Below are positions 61,831 to 64,000 of a stretch of 64,000 bases of DNA, in pieces. This DNA is from Epiperipatus broadwayi (lineage: Eukaryota > Animalia > Onychophora). The stretch is taken from the NCBI GenBank assembly GCA_028023455.1, contig JAQFVV010000009.1, positions 5,890,001-5,954,000 of the forward strand, written 5' to 3'. The first letter of the stretch is position 1. The number at the start of each line of letters is the position of its first letter. The position numbers and the translations under genes are program-made. The notes beneath the pieces were generated by a model. That model was not told the origin of the DNA. It saw only the letters and a list, made by a program, of their open reading frames with translations, and searched no databases.

Positions 61831-64000
61831 ACTAACTTAAACAGGTACCTAGGGTAATCTTCCTCCTGACATGGTCAGAAGTCTCCAAAATCTAAATCTT
61901 CACTACAAAAAGGAATTGCCTAAAAAGAACCTATTTTGCACAAATAAAAATGAAGAAGTACCTATTTTATATCAAAATACTACAAATGCCTATCAGCAAA
62001 GATTTCCATAACTATCATTTCAACAAAATTTCTCAATCCCTGAAAAAAAATATAATAATAATTTGAGAATTTCAATTTCCAAATCTAATTTCTCACAAAC
62101 TGCCAGTATCTTATTTCAAATTTAAAAAAAAAAAATTTCCTAAAAATATTTTTAAAACTATTAAAAAGAATAATATTCTATCCAAAAGACTCAATACTAG
62201 TATTACCATAGATAATACATATCAGTAGTTCCTTCTAATTCTGGATATTCATTAGAAAATACTGACAATCAAAATAATTGCATTGCATTTAATTTACAAA
62301 TAATGACATGAAAGCAAAAAAAAATCTTCAGTTTTGAGAAATTTAATAATTTAGAAATATTTTAGGGAAATCAACCATATTCAAAGTATTCAATAAGCAA
62401 AATGTTTCTTTTCCTCTCCAATTTTCTTTCCTAATATGTAAACCCATACAAAATCCAAATTGCACATTTATAAAGAAACAATTGAGCATTCTCATTACCA
62501 TTCAAGTACACTTCCCACATTTGTCCTCATTTTCTTTTAAATTTTTACCAATCAAGGGCTTCAATTCAAATCACAGAAAACCTAACTACCAAATCATATG
62601 ACATGTTAAATTTCTCTTTTAGATTGAAATACATTAAAAAAAATATTTTTTATAATAATTTTAAAAGTTTATTTTTATTAATTTTATTTTAATGCATTTC
62701 CCACAAATTTCTTTAAATCTGAAATAAAAGTTTTTTAATTTTATTTTGGCATGATAATAGCCATTTTTTCTGTATCACCTATATGTAGATATCAGGATAT
62801 TTATTGTTCAGAACAAATTTAAATTTCTTGTCCAAATTCTAAATATATTGGCATAGATTTTTTCATTCACTATCTTGCTTATATTTTAATAATTTTTTTT
62901 AAAAAATGCTAAACATTAAATGTAAAGATTGCAATCAAGTTTATAAATTTAGGCTATCTATAGATGATTTTAATTTAAGTCTTAAAGCTACATATCAAAT
63001 ATAAATAAAGAGATAACAGTATAATCTCATAAAATCAGTAAAGTGAAAGTTCAAATGATAAATATATGTTCTGGTTACTCAAGCTATGCTCTAGATAGTT
63101 TTACAAACTTTTGCAAAACAGCATCACATTATTTTGTGACAAGATTTTTTTTATAAGCAAAAAATAAAATGCAAACATTTTAAATTCCAAGTATATGCTT
63201 CAAAATTTCAAAGTCACTAAGCAATTAGATTTTTGAGAAGCTTATCAGAGAGCTTAGTAGTTCCCCCTCCCCCCAAATAACAATTATATTTTAACATATC
63301 AGGCTATGCAGTTTAATAGGAAACAGTTTAGCTGTTCCCCATTATCACAATGTTTCCAAAGAAAGTTCTGTGCTGTCTGTGTAAAAGAAAAAAGGCATAA
63401 AATGTATTTTTGATTGAATGGAATGGGGAGTGATCATACTCCACAAAAAATACTCAGAAAGAATGTACATCACACTTAAAATGTGATAGGTTAAGTACTT
63501 CTTCAAACACTATTTCATTTAGTTTTATCAAAAGTGAATTTTTGAGTATTGACCTCTTGTGCATATTCTTTAATTCAATGGTCAGAAAAAGATAAGTCTT
63601 GCAGAGAAGTGGGTAAGTCATTCCTGCATTTTTATTTATGTTTATATTTTTTTAACAGCATGGTTATATTAGCATTTTTTTTGTAATTACTCATTTGATT
63701 TTATATTTTAAATATCTGAGAAAATATCTACATTTATACATCCATAATATTTGCTAATATCAAGCTTCAGAAAAAAAGAAAATATCAAATTAATAATAGA
63801 CATTGAAGGTTTGTTTCTGCATAAACAGCTAAATACATTGGTACTTTGTTTCAAGATATGCTGGGTTTTGGCAGATATACAATTTCGTTATCTTTTAATT
63901 TATTGATAAAAGTAAAAATGTTGAGTTAGATAATAATTATACTATGGCTTCTTTGAATGACTCAGAGTTATATGGATCCATAGATTGTTTGGAGTCTATA

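Noticed and set aside
63440-63660. Possible exon near a plus-strand GG|GTAAGT donor, or a further upstream host exon
   Set aside because: No supported acceptor or open frame with recognisable similarity on either strand.

Overview
This is very AT-rich animal genomic DNA, probably an invertebrate (arthropod-like; inference). It is not prokaryotic, so there are no operons or CRISPR arrays. The window lies inside one large minus-strand multi-exon gene. Seven GT-AG exons with mutually compatible phases splice into about 733 codons that carry CEP295/KIAA1731 (Ana1)-like motifs; the start and end of the gene were not identified. The introns (76 bp to 22 kb) are packed with transposon relics: a Mag-like Gypsy LTR element (TSD, PBS and PPT) with a nested 1.9 kb solo-LTR-like insert; an older Gypsy with a Tx1/L1 LINE in its 5' LTR; several RTE LINEs; Merlin-like and piggyBac-like DNA elements; MITEs and foldbacks; a tRNA-Gly(TCC) pseudogene; and three Penelope-like (GIY-YIG) 3' fragments. 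The most notable signal is a 206 bp non-coding insertion with a 13 bp TSD that carries a minimal type I hammerhead ribozyme motif (a retrozyme-like element). Degenerate hammerhead-like motifs also follow the Penelope ORF ends, two of them with compensatory 3-8 core pairs (U3-A8 and A3-U8). All alignments and translations were done by eye, so boundaries of decayed elements are approximate.
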